Source: Phycisphaerales bacterium
Lineage (GTDB): Bacteria; Planctomycetota; Phycisphaerae; Phycisphaerales; SM1A02
Reading direction: 5' to 3'
DNA length: 25,472 nucleotides
Assembly: GCA_035543215.1 (NCBI GenBank)
Contig: DATKJG010000360.1
Span: 1 to 25,472 of the forward strand
Shown: positions 1 to 8,410 of the stretch, in pieces
How positions within the stretch are numbered: position 1 is the stretch's first letter
How the letters are laid out: each line of letters opens with the position of its first letter
Made by a program: the position numbers and the translations under genes
The notes under the pieces: generated by a model
What the model was told of the DNA's origin: nothing
The model's input: the letters and a program-made list of their open reading frames with translations, nothing else
The model's database searches: none

Positions 1-3000
1 CGGCCGTCGCTGCCGCGAGGCGTTGAAGGCGCTGGAGATCATGTCGGCGATGAGGCTGAGCGGAGCGTGGGTCGGCCGGTACAACTTGACGATGCGTTCA
101 GCCCCTTGTGGGGGGGGTGCGTCGAGGATCTCGATCATCTGCTCGACCACGTCGAACTTGTCGCCGCGGCCTGTGACGATGAGCGTGTTCAGCCGCGCAT
201 CAGCCTGTACCGCAATCGTGTCCTTCTTCGACGACTGGGGCCGCGGCGGCCAGAAGTACATGAACGCGTCCGGCTGGTTGTACAGCAGGTCGTTGACGAG
301 ATTCTGCACCGTGCGCTGAATCTCTGTAGCCCGCGCGTTCTTCAGTTGGAACACCTTGAAGGTCAGCGCGCCGGCAGCCTCGGCCGTGTCAAACTGCTCG
401 ACAAGTTTCTGCACGTCGGCGAAGTCGGCGTCGTTGGCGCATACCAGCAGCGTGTTGCTCGATTCGATCGCCATCACCGCCACGGCCGCCTTGGGCTGGC
501 CGCCCGTCCCGCCGCCTTCGCGCGTCTGCGCCTGCAGCGCGGCGCGGCGGTCGTAGAACTGCTGAATGGCCTGGGCCACCGATTCCGCCGGCGCCTTGGC
601 CAACGTGATCGTTCGCACCGGGAACTTCTGCTCGGGTGGCTTGGCGAAGGCGGCGATCAGGTCGCTGACGATCTTGAAATCAATGTCGTTCGCCGCCACG
701 ATCAGCGCGTTGGAAGGACCGTCGGCCAGAACGCTCACGCGCTTGGTGAGGTCGCCCGGCTGCCCTGCCGCAGGCGCGTACTTCTGCAATATCTGGCTGA
801 TCATCGTCGCGATGTGCCGCGCATCCAGTTCGGCCGGCAGGGCGATGGAGCGGATCTTGCCGGGCGCGGCGGGCAACTGCTCCTGCATCTGCTTCAGCAG
901 CGCGATGATGCGCTCGACGGCGCGCGGCGCGCCGAGAAAAACGAGGGAGTTGGTCGCCTGATCCACCGCGATCGTGACGTCGGGCTCCTGTTGCGGCGAC
1001 GGTGGAGCATCCTGTGCCATCGCGATCACGCACGTTGCGAGCATCGCCTGTATCGAAACGCCTGCAGCACTGGACTGCGAGCCGCTCGCGGGAGTCGCTT
1101 GCGGTTTCGCACCCTCGCCTCGCGAGTTCAGCAACTCTTCAAGCGTCATCACCTCGACCGTCGGCCCGCCCTCACCGTCACGCTGCAGCATCTTCTTGAG
1201 CGCCGCCGCGATGTCGGCCGCGTTGCCGCGCGCCGGATCGAGTGGAACCACCTTCATTTGCCGGCCACTGGCGAGAGCTGCCTGATCGACGCGCTTCACA
1301 ACCTCCTCGATGGCGTGAAACTGCTCGGCCGTGCCGCGCACCAGCAGGCTGTTGCTGGCAGGGTCGACGCGAATGACCGGCTTGCGGGCCGCCGGATCCT
1401 CGGCGAACACGGCATCCAGACTCGTGGCGAGTTGCGCGGCGTCAGCGTTCACCAGTGTCAGCACCTGGACGGAGCGCTCAGCATCGCCCGATCGCTCCTG
1501 ATCCAGTTCAGCCACGAGTTGCCCGGCCAGCGGCATGAGTTGGGCCGGTGCGCTGATCAGCAGACGATTGCCTGCGACATCGGGAAAGACCGACGGCTGG
1601 GCGATGCTTACGCCCGCGCGCACGATGGCCCGCAAGTCCGCCGGCCAGCGGCTCGGATCGCGCAACAGACCCTGCACAATCTGCGCCAGCATCTCGGCCG
1701 GGGCGTTCTTCAGGCCAATCAGTCGCAGATCGATCTGCGGCGCAGCCAGCGCTTGCGCATCGCGCTCGGCGAGCATCGCCATGGCACGCTGCGTTTCGGC
1801 TTCGGGGCCGATGACCACGATCGCGCCCGATTGCGGCTCAGCGACGATTTCCAGCGTTGTCCGTGTCGCAGCCCCTCCGATCGGCCGGGTCGCATCCATC
1901 ACGCGCTTGACGTTGGCGGCCAGCGAATTGATATCGAGCGAGTTCTTCGGCGTGAACACACTGCTGACGCGCTGCGACTGGTCATCGGGCGCATCCAATT
2001 GCTTGATCAACGTCTCGGCCAGCGCCAGCGCCTGCTGCGGACCGCTGACGATCAGGCTGTTGGTGCGGGCGTCCGCTTCGACGCGGATCTTCGGTGTGAG
2101 ATTGAGTTGGCCGCGGCTGGCGCGAATGCGCTCCAGCAGGATGCGCGGATCGGTCTCCTGCTGATCGTTCAGCAGGTTCTGCACCGTCTGGGAAATCTTC
2201 GTCGCGTCGGCGTGTTGAAGCGTGAAGGTCTTGGCATCCATCGCATCGGACGTCGGCCGTGCATCCAGCGGCTCGATCAGGGCTTCGACTTCCGCGAGTT
2301 CTGCCTCGAGCCCGACCATGATGATGGCATTGGAGCCCGGCCCCGCGAAAAGCTTGACGCTGACCGGCTCGCCCGTGGCCTTGCTCACCATGCTCGGCAG
2401 CGCGGCCATGAGCGATTGCGACACGCTGCCGGCATCGGCGAAGGTCAGGGGTTTGACACGCACGATCGGATCGCCAACCGACGCCGTGCCACTGTCGAGT
2501 TGCTGAATCAGCGTCTCGGCCACGGGCATGATCGCCTCGGGCGCCGAGAGAATGAGCGTGTTGGTCTTGCGGTCGGCTGTGACATTCAGCAGCGCCGCGG
2601 CCTCGTTCTTCGCCTCGGGCAGGTCCTGAGCGATGCGCGTCAGAAGCACCTGGCGCAGCATCTCGGCGATGGTCTCGGCCTTGGCGTTCTTCAAGGTGAA
2701 GAAGCGCAGCGTGGTGGCCGGGCCCGCGCGCTGCACGTCAAGATCCTTCAGAACGGTTTCGACACGCGCGAAGATCTCAGCAGGACCCGACACGACCAGG
2801 GCCTTGCTGACCGGCTCGGTGGCGATGTTGGTCGGCGTGCGCTGATCCGCGGCTCCCCCACTGCCAAGCGAATTGGATGCGGCGAGTTGGCGCAGGGTCT
2901 GCGCGATGGATTCAAGATTGGCGTGTTCGACACGATACGTGCGTACCTGCGTCTCCACGGAGAGTTGCGCGCGATCAAGTTGATCCACCAACTGCTGGAA

Positions 3001-5385
3001 CCCCGCCATGCGCTGCACCGGCGCATCGACGATGAGCGAGTTGGTCTGTGCATCGGCCCGCACGACGACCTCGCGCGGCTTGGCCAGTTGCGGCAGCGGC
3101 CGGCCGCGTGCATCCAAAGGAGGAGGGGGAGCGGGGTACATCTCGTCGATCGTGCGCGCCAACTGCTCCGCACGCGCGACCTTCAGCGGGAAGATGCGAA
3201 TCTCGCGGCCTTCCAGGTCGGTCCGCTCGACGGTGTTCAATTCCTCCACCATCTTCTGGATGTCGCCCAGGAGGTCGGGATGCGCCGCCACCAGCAGAGC
3301 ATTGGTGACGGGATCGGCGGCGATGTTGACGGGCTTGGCCTTGCGCTCGGAGGCGGTGCGCTGGTTGTATTGATTCATCAGCGCACTGGCGACCGAACCC
3401 GCATCGGCGATCTTCAACTGCAGGATGCGCAGCGGCGGCATGCCGGCCCCCACGGCCGCTTCCTTGCTATCGAGACTTGCCGCCAGCGATTCCAGCACGG
3501 CCAGTTGCTCGGGCGTCGCGGTGATCACCAGAGTGTTCAATTGATCGACCGGCGTGAACGTCGGCGCGACGTACTGCGAGCCGTCGGACGGCTGAAGCAG
3601 CGGCTGGGCCAGTGTGTTGAGCGGGCCGGCGATCTCGCTTGGCAGAACGCTGGTCAGCGTGATGCGCCTGGCTTCGCGCGCCACGGTCACGTTGCCTTCG
3701 ATCATGCGCAGCGTGGTGGTGAATTGCTCGACTGCTCTTGCCGATCCGACAGCCGTCACGACGCGCGCGTCGGGATCGACCTCGACGGAGATGGTGCGCG
3801 AGGTCTCATCCAGAGCCGCCGATTGCTCATCGAAGAGTTTGCGTGCCTGATCGACGATCTTGACCGGGTCGCCGGCCGCGATGCGCAATTGCCGCACCTG
3901 CTTGTCGGCCGGCGCCTGGCGGTCCAGCGCCTGCGCCAAGGCGCGCACCGAGGCGACATCGCCCGGCAGGCCGGTGACGAGGATCGACTTGCCGTCGGGC
4001 CCCGGTGCGATCTTCATGACCGCCGCCTGCCGGCGTGTGAGCATGCTCTGCACCGCGGTGACAACGGCCTGGGCATTGGCGCGCTGGAGTTCGATCACTG
4101 CCGCGCCGCTCTGTTCGTTGCTTGCCTGCTGAGTCGCCGCCGGCTCACCCTCGAGTTCGCGAATGAGCGCCTTGGCCTCGACGATCTGCGCCTCAGTGCC
4201 GAGCATCACCACCTTCGACATTTCATCGAGCGCGATGATCGTCGGCCGCGGTGGCTGATTGGGATTACGCGGCGGCGCGTTGGGATCCGCCCCGCCGCCC
4301 GCCCCGCCGCCGCGCTCGTACAACTGCCGCAGGCGATTCGCCGCATCCTGGGCGCTGATGATCGACAACGTTGCGCTCCACAGCGTCCGGCCGGCGCTCG
4401 CAGCGTCGCTGGCGGGCACGTCCAGCAACTTGATCGCCTCGCGCAGACCATCGATCTTCGCCTGAACGCCCTTGGCGATAACCGAATTGGTCCGCTCATC
4501 CGCGGTGATCGTCAACCCCGGCATCTGATCCTCTTCCAGTTTGACCTGCCGGCCCTCCTGGTTGATGACATACTTCTCCACACGCTGACTGAGCAAGGCC
4601 TTGAGCGGCGTCATCAGTTCCACCGCCTTGGCATGCTTGATCGCGAAGATCTCAACTTGGCCTTCGGGATCGGCCTGATCGAGTTGCGTGACGATCGCCA
4701 GCAATCGCCGCACCTGCCCGGCGGTCTCGGTGATCATCAGCGAGTTCTGCTGCTCCATCGCCGCCACGGAGCCGTACGCGGCGTTGACCATCGCCCCGAG
4801 TTTCTCCGCGAGGTTCTTGGCCAGCGCGATCTTCAACGGCATCACGACGGTCACGATCTGGTCGTCGGTTACCGACTCCGGCAGCGTGCCGGTAAAGGTC
4901 GGAATGTTCTCCTTCGCCATCTCCGTGAGTTTCTGCAGGTACAGCATGTTGCCGTCGACGCGCAACATCACGCCCTTGCTCTGCAGGATGATGTTGAGGA
5001 TGCGCAGGGCCTCGGGCATGTCGTAGCCGCGCGGCGAGACGTAATCGAGCGTGCCTTCGGGAACATCCGATTCCCAGACCACCGGCAGCCCGGTCGAGCG
5101 CGCGAAGAAATCGATGACCTGGCGATAGGTCGCACCCTTGAAGTTGAAGCGAATGTCGAGCGGCGCTGCGGGGGCAGCGGGTACGGCAGGTGGAGCCTGC
5201 GCCGTCGCGGGTTGCGTGGCGGCTGGTTGCTCGGCGACCGGGGCGGACGGTGCGGCTGCGGCCGGCTGCGATGCCGGCGCGGTCGCAGGCGGATCCTGCG
5301 CCAGCACCGTGCCGCTCATCAGCGCCAGCGCGGCAATTGGGATGCGCACACCAACAGACAGCGATTTGCAACGTGCTCTTTGCAT
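1..5385 (-). CDS. Giant secretin N-terminal-domain repeat protein (GspD/PilQ-like), partial: 3' end lies beyond the left edge, >=1795 aa
   Basis: Hand translation from ATG at 5385, preceded by GGAGGTGAAGG (SD). It reads MQRARCKSLSVGVRIPIAALALMSGTVLA|QDPP (signal peptide), a P/A/Q/T-rich linker, an N0-like domain (IRFNFKGATYRQVIDFFARSTG...) and repeated N-domain units (e.g. ITADERTNSVIA, VTADRKTNTLIL, VEADARTNSLIVSG). The segments I translated are open in this frame down to ...LSLIADMISSAFNASRQRRP at base 1, and the track lists no stop-terminated ORF in this frame. It lies at the end of a gspF-G-H-I-J-K-L-M-like operon. The C-terminal secretin domain is not in the window. Confidence 0.88.
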   Translation of the reverse strand, partial: MQRARCKSLSVGVRIPIAALALMSGTVLAQDPPATAPASQPAAAAPSAPVAEQPAATQPATAQAPPAVPAAPAAPLDIRFNFKGATYRQVIDFFARSTGLPVVWESDVPEGTLDYVSPRGYDMPEALRILNIILQSKGVMLRVDGNMLYLQKLTEMAKENIPTFTGTLPESVTDDQIVTVVMPLKIALAKNLAEKLGAMVNAAYGSVAAMEQQNSLMITETAGQVRRLLAIVTQLDQADPEGQVEIFAIKHAKAVELMTPLKALLSQRVEKYVINQEGRQVKLEEDQMPGLTITADERTNSVIAKGVQAKIDGLREAIKLLDVPASDAASAGRTLWSATLSIISAQDAANRLRQLYERGGGAGGGADPNAPPRNPNQPPRPTIIALDEMSKVVMLGTEAQIVEAKALIRELEGEPAATQQASNEQSGAAVIELQRANAQAVVTAVQSMLTRRQAAVMKIAPGPDGKSILVTGLPGDVASVRALAQALDRQAPADKQVRQLRIAAGDPVKIVDQARKLFDEQSAALDETSRTISVEVDPDARVVTAVGSARAVEQFTTTLRMIEGNVTVAREARRITLTSVLPSEIAGPLNTLAQPLLQPSDGSQYVAPTFTPVDQLNTLVITATPEQLAVLESLAASLDSKEAAVGAGMPPLRILQLKIADAGSVASALMNQYNQRTASERKAKPVNIAADPVTNALLVAAHPDLLGDIQKMVEELNTVERTDLEGREIRIFPLKVARAEQLARTIDEMYPAPPPPLDARGRPLPQLAKPREVVVRADAQTNSLIVDAPVQRMAGFQQLVDQLDRAQLSVETQVRTYRVEHANLESIAQTLRQLAASNSLGSGGAADQRTPTNIATEPVSKALVVSGPAEIFARVETVLKDLDVQRAGPATTLRFFTLKNAKAETIAEMLRQVLLTRIAQDLPEAKNEAAALLNVTADRKTNTLILSAPEAIMPVAETLIQQLDSGTASVGDPIVRVKPLTFADAGSVSQSLMAALPSMVSKATGEPVSVKLFAGPGSNAIIMVGLEAELAEVEALIEPLDARPTSDAMDAKTFTLQHADATKISQTVQNLLNDQQETDPRILLERIRASRGQLNLTPKIRVEADARTNSLIVSGPQQALALAETLIKQLDAPDDQSQRVSSVFTPKNSLDINSLAANVKRVMDATRPIGGAATRTTLEIVAEPQSGAIVVIGPEAETQRAMAMLAERDAQALAAPQIDLRLIGLKNAPAEMLAQIVQGLLRDPSRWPADLRAIVRAGVSIAQPSVFPDVAGNRLLISAPAQLMPLAGQLVAELDQERSGDAERSVQVLTLVNADAAQLATSLDAVFAEDPAARKPVIRVDPASNSLLVRGTAEQFHAIEEVVKRVDQAALASGRQMKVVPLDPARGNAADIAAALKKMLQRDGEGGPTVEVMTLEELLNSRGEGAKPQATPASGSQSSAAGVSIQAMLATCVIAMAQDAPPSPQQEPDVTIAVDQATNSLVFLGAPRAVERIIALLKQMQEQLPAAPGKIRSIALPAELDARHIATMISQILQKYAPAAGQPGDLTKRVSVLADGPSNALIVAANDIDFKIVSDLIAAFAKPPEQKFPVRTITLAKAPAESVAQAIQQFYDRRAALQAQTREGGGTGGQPKAAVAVMAIESSNTLLVCANDADFADVQKLVEQFDTAEAAGALTFKVFQLKNARATEIQRTVQNLVNDLLYNQPDAFMYFWPPRPQSSKKDTIAVQADARLNTLIVTGRGDKFDVVEQMIEILDAPPPQGAERIVKLYRPTHAPLSLIADMISSAFNASRQRRP
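130..4900 (-). repeat. About 19 tandem, diverged secretin N-domain (N1/N2/N3-type, roughly 80 aa) protein repeats
   Basis: A recurring beta-turn-beta core, D-x-x-[TS]-N-[STA]-L-[ILV]-[ILV], followed by an amphipathic helix ending in LD, occurs near 4745, 4490, 4225, 3985, 3775, 3535, 3300, 3045, 2805, 2560, 2325, 2060, 1820, 1560, 1355, 945, 700, 445 and 185. Spacing is mostly about 210-270 nt. The repeats are visible at protein level only, and the count is manual. Confidence 0.8.
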
Positions 5386-5466
5386 CCTTCACCTCCGTTC
5401 TTTCCCGCAGCGAGAGGGGAAAGGACGTTCTCGGTCACAACCTGTCTTGCCCGCGCGCCGAGCCAG

Positions 5467-6444
5467 TCATTGGCCAGCGGGCGAGCGCTGATCCATCGTC
5501 GAGCCCACCGCCACAATGACGTGCTGCTCGCCGAGCGTGAACTCAGCGGCCTCGGCGTCGCGCGCCGCGCCGTGGAACACCATGGCATCGAGGGCCTGGC
5601 CCGGCGCAAGCACGCGTGTCTGTCCGCTCGGCTGATGCCGCAGCCATGCCTCGACGCCCGATGGCCCCTGCGCCACGCCCGTGAGGGCCCATTCGCCAAA
5701 GGGGAATGGCGGCGGCGCGGGTGCGGCGGCGGCCGGCTGCTCGGTCTTTGGCGGAGCCGGCGGGGCGGGTGGAGGCGGCACTCGGAATGGGTTGCCGCTG
5801 ACCAGCGCAGCGAAACGCGACTGCAATTCGGGATTGGGCGGCTGCGCTGGCTGTTCGGTCTTCGGTTCGCGGCCGGGCAGGAAAAGCGTCGTCAGCCGCA
5901 GCGACACGTTGAGGCGGGCCCCATTGTCGCGCGGATCCAGCCGCACCTCGTCGATGCGCTTGATCCACGGTTCGGCCTCGATGGCGGTGATCAGCCGCAC
6001 GACGTCGGCCAGCGCGCCGACGCCGGAGATCGACGCCTCGACCTCGACGAAGTCGATCTCATCGCGCAGCGGCTTATACGACGCGGAGGAGAACAGCACG
6101 CGCGCCGGCGTGCCCTTGGGCCGGCCCGAGCCATCGGTGCCCACGGAAACGCCCTGCAGTTTCGATTGCTCGGCCAGGCGATTGAGCCGCGTGCGAAGTC
6201 GGTGATCGGCCGACTCGAGGCTGCCGCCGAGCGTGCGATCGACGATGGCCTGCAGATCGCGCGAGACGCCGGCCTTCTTCTGAGCGGCGTCGCGATGGCG
6301 CGCCAGTGTCGCGTTCGCGCCGTCGAGGTCTTCGATCAACGTACGGCGCGGCGCGAGATACCACTTGTTGACGGCGCTGTACAGCAGCCCCGCACACGCG
6401 AGGCCGGCGATCGCGATCGCGATGGGCTTGAGGATCGAGCTCAT
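5467..6444 (-). CDS. PilO/GspM-like inner-membrane assembly protein with a Pro-rich linker and a C-terminal GspC/PilP-like beta domain
   Basis: N-terminal TM segment (IAIAIAGLACAGLLYSAV), coiled coil, and a ferredoxin-like PilO/GspM pattern (VEVEASISGVGALADVVRLITAIEAEPWIKRIDEVRLDP). After PPPPAPPAPP comes a WALTGVAQGPSGVEAWLR...LAPGQAL domain. Its ATG overlaps the upstream TGA (6441-6444). Confidence 0.7.
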   Translation of the reverse strand: MSSILKPIAIAIAGLACAGLLYSAVNKWYLAPRRTLIEDLDGANATLARHRDAAQKKAGVSRDLQAIVDRTLGGSLESADHRLRTRLNRLAEQSKLQGVSVGTDGSGRPKGTPARVLFSSASYKPLRDEIDFVEVEASISGVGALADVVRLITAIEAEPWIKRIDEVRLDPRDNGARLNVSLRLTTLFLPGREPKTEQPAQPPNPELQSRFAALVSGNPFRVPPPPAPPAPPKTEQPAAAAPAPPPFPFGEWALTGVAQGPSGVEAWLRHQPSGQTRVLAPGQALDAMVFHGAARDAEAAEFTLGEQHVIVAVGSTMDQRSPAGQ

Positions 6445-8150
6445 CGCTCCGGCTCCGCGACCGGTTCGCTGGCGTCGGCCGATGTGACCGTCTGGTCAGT
6501 GGCCTTCGCGTCCGGATTCGCCGCCGTCGATTTCCGATCGCTCACAGGCGTGGCGGGCTGCGGCGCATCCGCGGGCGCCGCGGCCTGTGTTCGCAGGCGA
6601 TAGGTGAAGCCGAACGGCATGCGCTTGCCGCCGCGCGCATCGGCACCCGTCGTACTCGCGGCGTAGATCGGATTCTGAATGAGCGCGCCGCGGAAGGCGT
6701 CGGCCGTAGCGCGATTGCGGGCTTCGCCATCGATCACGATCGTCGCCTGGTGACCGGCGCTCCAGCGGTTGCTCCGCCGGTCGTAGGTTACGCCGCGAAA
6801 CTCCAGTGTGCCGGTCCAGGAATCGAGCACGATCTGCTCCGGCGGCGGGGCGACCTTGGCCAGGAACATGGCGTGATCGAGCCAATCGACATGAACGCTC
6901 TGCCACTGCTCCAGGTGCGCGAGCTTGTAGGCATCGCGGAAACTGCGGGCGTACGCGGCGTCATCCGACTTGTTCGTGCTCGCCAGCGTGCTGACGCGAC
7001 TCTGCAGCGATTGCAGGTCATTTCGCATCAGCGTGAAGGCGACGCCGCCGATGACCACGGCCGCCGCGGCCGCCAGCAGTCGTCGCTGCCGCGCCCGCGC
7101 GCCGACATCGGGCGTCTTGCGCGGATGCAGAAAGTCGATGCGCTCGACGGAGGATTCGCCTTCAAGCAGCAGACCCACCAACGGCCAGACGCGCGAGAGG
7201 TCCGGCGGTCCTTCGCCAGGCGCGGTGCGCTCGTCGATCTCGACGCAAGGATGCTCGCGCAGAACCTTCACCGGCATCTTCAGCATTTCGCCGACCGGAC
7301 CCGCGGCGTACTCGGCCACGCGGCGATCGCCCATGATCACGGCCTGCCCGATGCCGCCGGAGTCGTCGCCTGAGCGGTAACTCATCCAGGTTCGCCGCGC
7401 CTCGGTGACGACGGCCTCGGCCATGGCCAGCGCATCCTGCGGCGCGGGCACCTCCGCCGCGCGCGAGAACCGGATTGAGCCTTCGCTGAGGACGCAGAAC
7501 TCGACGCCCTCGCCGACGACGTCGACGGCGAGCGTTGCCGGCGCTTCGCTCGCGCGCACAGAGTCGGCGACGGGAGCGCTTTCCGATTCATCGGCGACCC
7601 TTCCCACATCCTCGACGCGGACGCTGATGGTCTGCGGCTCGACCAGCAGGTTCATGAGCGCGGCCGCGCCCATCGTCCGCAGCGCGATGCGCTGCACCTT
7701 CAGGCCGGCTTCGTCCATCACCTGCTGCACGAACTCGATCTGCTTGCGCGGCACGGCGACCGCCAGCACCGTGGTGCTGGCCTCGTGCCGTTCGACGGCC
7801 ACGAAATCGATGACTGCGGTCTCGGCGTCGAAAGGCAATTCCCGCTGCATGGCCAGACGCGTCATGTCCGGCAGTTCGGCCGGGTCGACGGTCGGGAGGA
7901 TGATGCGCTTGAGGATGACGTGCTCGCGGCCGACGGAAATTGTGGCCGGTCCGCGGGAAAATCCAGCCGCGGCGAGCCGCTCGGCCAGCCACCGGCCGGC
8001 TGCTGCCGGGTCGTCAAGGTTCAGGTCCGTGGGAACGTCGGCGACCACGACCCGCCCGACGCGCACGCCGCGGCGCGCCACGGCCGCAGCCTGCACCGCC
8101 CGAAGGCGCCGCCGGCCAAGGTCGATCGCGATCGCGTTGCGTGTTCCCAT
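6441..8150 (-). CDS. PilM-PilN fusion (GspL-like) assembly platform protein
   Basis: Start moved from 8222 to ATG 8150 because GGAGG lies just upstream. The N-terminus has the actin-like PilM motif AIAIDLG, plus AMQRELPFDAETAVIDF and VLAVAVPRKQI. IDFLHPRK matches the PilN N-terminal INLL-type motif and is followed by a TM helix (LLAAAAAVVIGGVAFTLM) and a periplasmic PilN-like fold. 569 aa. Confidence 0.8.
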   Translation of the reverse strand: MGTRNAIAIDLGRRRLRAVQAAAVARRGVRVGRVVVADVPTDLNLDDPAAAGRWLAERLAAAGFSRGPATISVGREHVILKRIILPTVDPAELPDMTRLAMQRELPFDAETAVIDFVAVERHEASTTVLAVAVPRKQIEFVQQVMDEAGLKVQRIALRTMGAAALMNLLVEPQTISVRVEDVGRVADESESAPVADSVRASEAPATLAVDVVGEGVEFCVLSEGSIRFSRAAEVPAPQDALAMAEAVVTEARRTWMSYRSGDDSGGIGQAVIMGDRRVAEYAAGPVGEMLKMPVKVLREHPCVEIDERTAPGEGPPDLSRVWPLVGLLLEGESSVERIDFLHPRKTPDVGARARQRRLLAAAAAVVIGGVAFTLMRNDLQSLQSRVSTLASTNKSDDAAYARSFRDAYKLAHLEQWQSVHVDWLDHAMFLAKVAPPPEQIVLDSWTGTLEFRGVTYDRRSNRWSAGHQATIVIDGEARNRATADAFRGALIQNPIYAASTTGADARGGKRMPFGFTYRLRTQAAAPADAPQPATPVSDRKSTAANPDAKATDQTVTSADASEPVAEPER

Positions 8151-8410
8151 TCGTCCTCCGCTGAAACTGCACGCTGGGTCATCCTGACCGGTCACGGAAC
8201 GCCGCCGGAGCGGGAAAGCCATGGTAGCGATGAGGCCTGCCGATGCACGTCATGCCGCGGGGCCGATCGCGGTTTTTTTCCCGTCGGCAACGATTTCGAC
8301 GCGCACGAGTGTGCACAACCTGCGAAGTGCGCGGAGAACGGGAAGATAGTGAAGACTGACTTGTAGGGCCGGCGCGCCGGCCGGTTGCAAAACCCCATGC
8401 AGCCACAGAC

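Noticed and set aside
4283-4312. Short GC tandem repeat (GGCGGCGGGGCG x2 on the coding strand)
   Set aside because: It simply encodes a GGGAGGGA linker between secretin N-domains; there is no evidence of a separate function.
67-6603. 2178-aa plus-strand ORF, the longest in the track
   Set aside because: It is codon-aligned antisense to the secretin gene and the PilO-like gene, which share a frame, and it ends soon after entering the differently framed PilM-N gene. Stops are absent because TTA, CTA and TCA are rare in GC-rich sense genes. The translation is R/L/G/H-rich with no motifs, while the minus-strand frame has an SD, a signal peptide and domain repeats.
8254-8279. GC hairpin followed by T7 (GCCGCGG-GGCCGA-TCGCGGT-TTTTTT)
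   Set aside because: The U tract is on the plus strand, opposite to the gsp operon, and the stem is short with G-U pairs. At most it would stop antisense transcription, so I did not call it a terminator.
8192-8398. 68-aa minus-strand ORF in the gspK/PilM-N gap
   Set aside because: No SD, signal peptide or motif, and codon usage is unlike the neighbouring genes.
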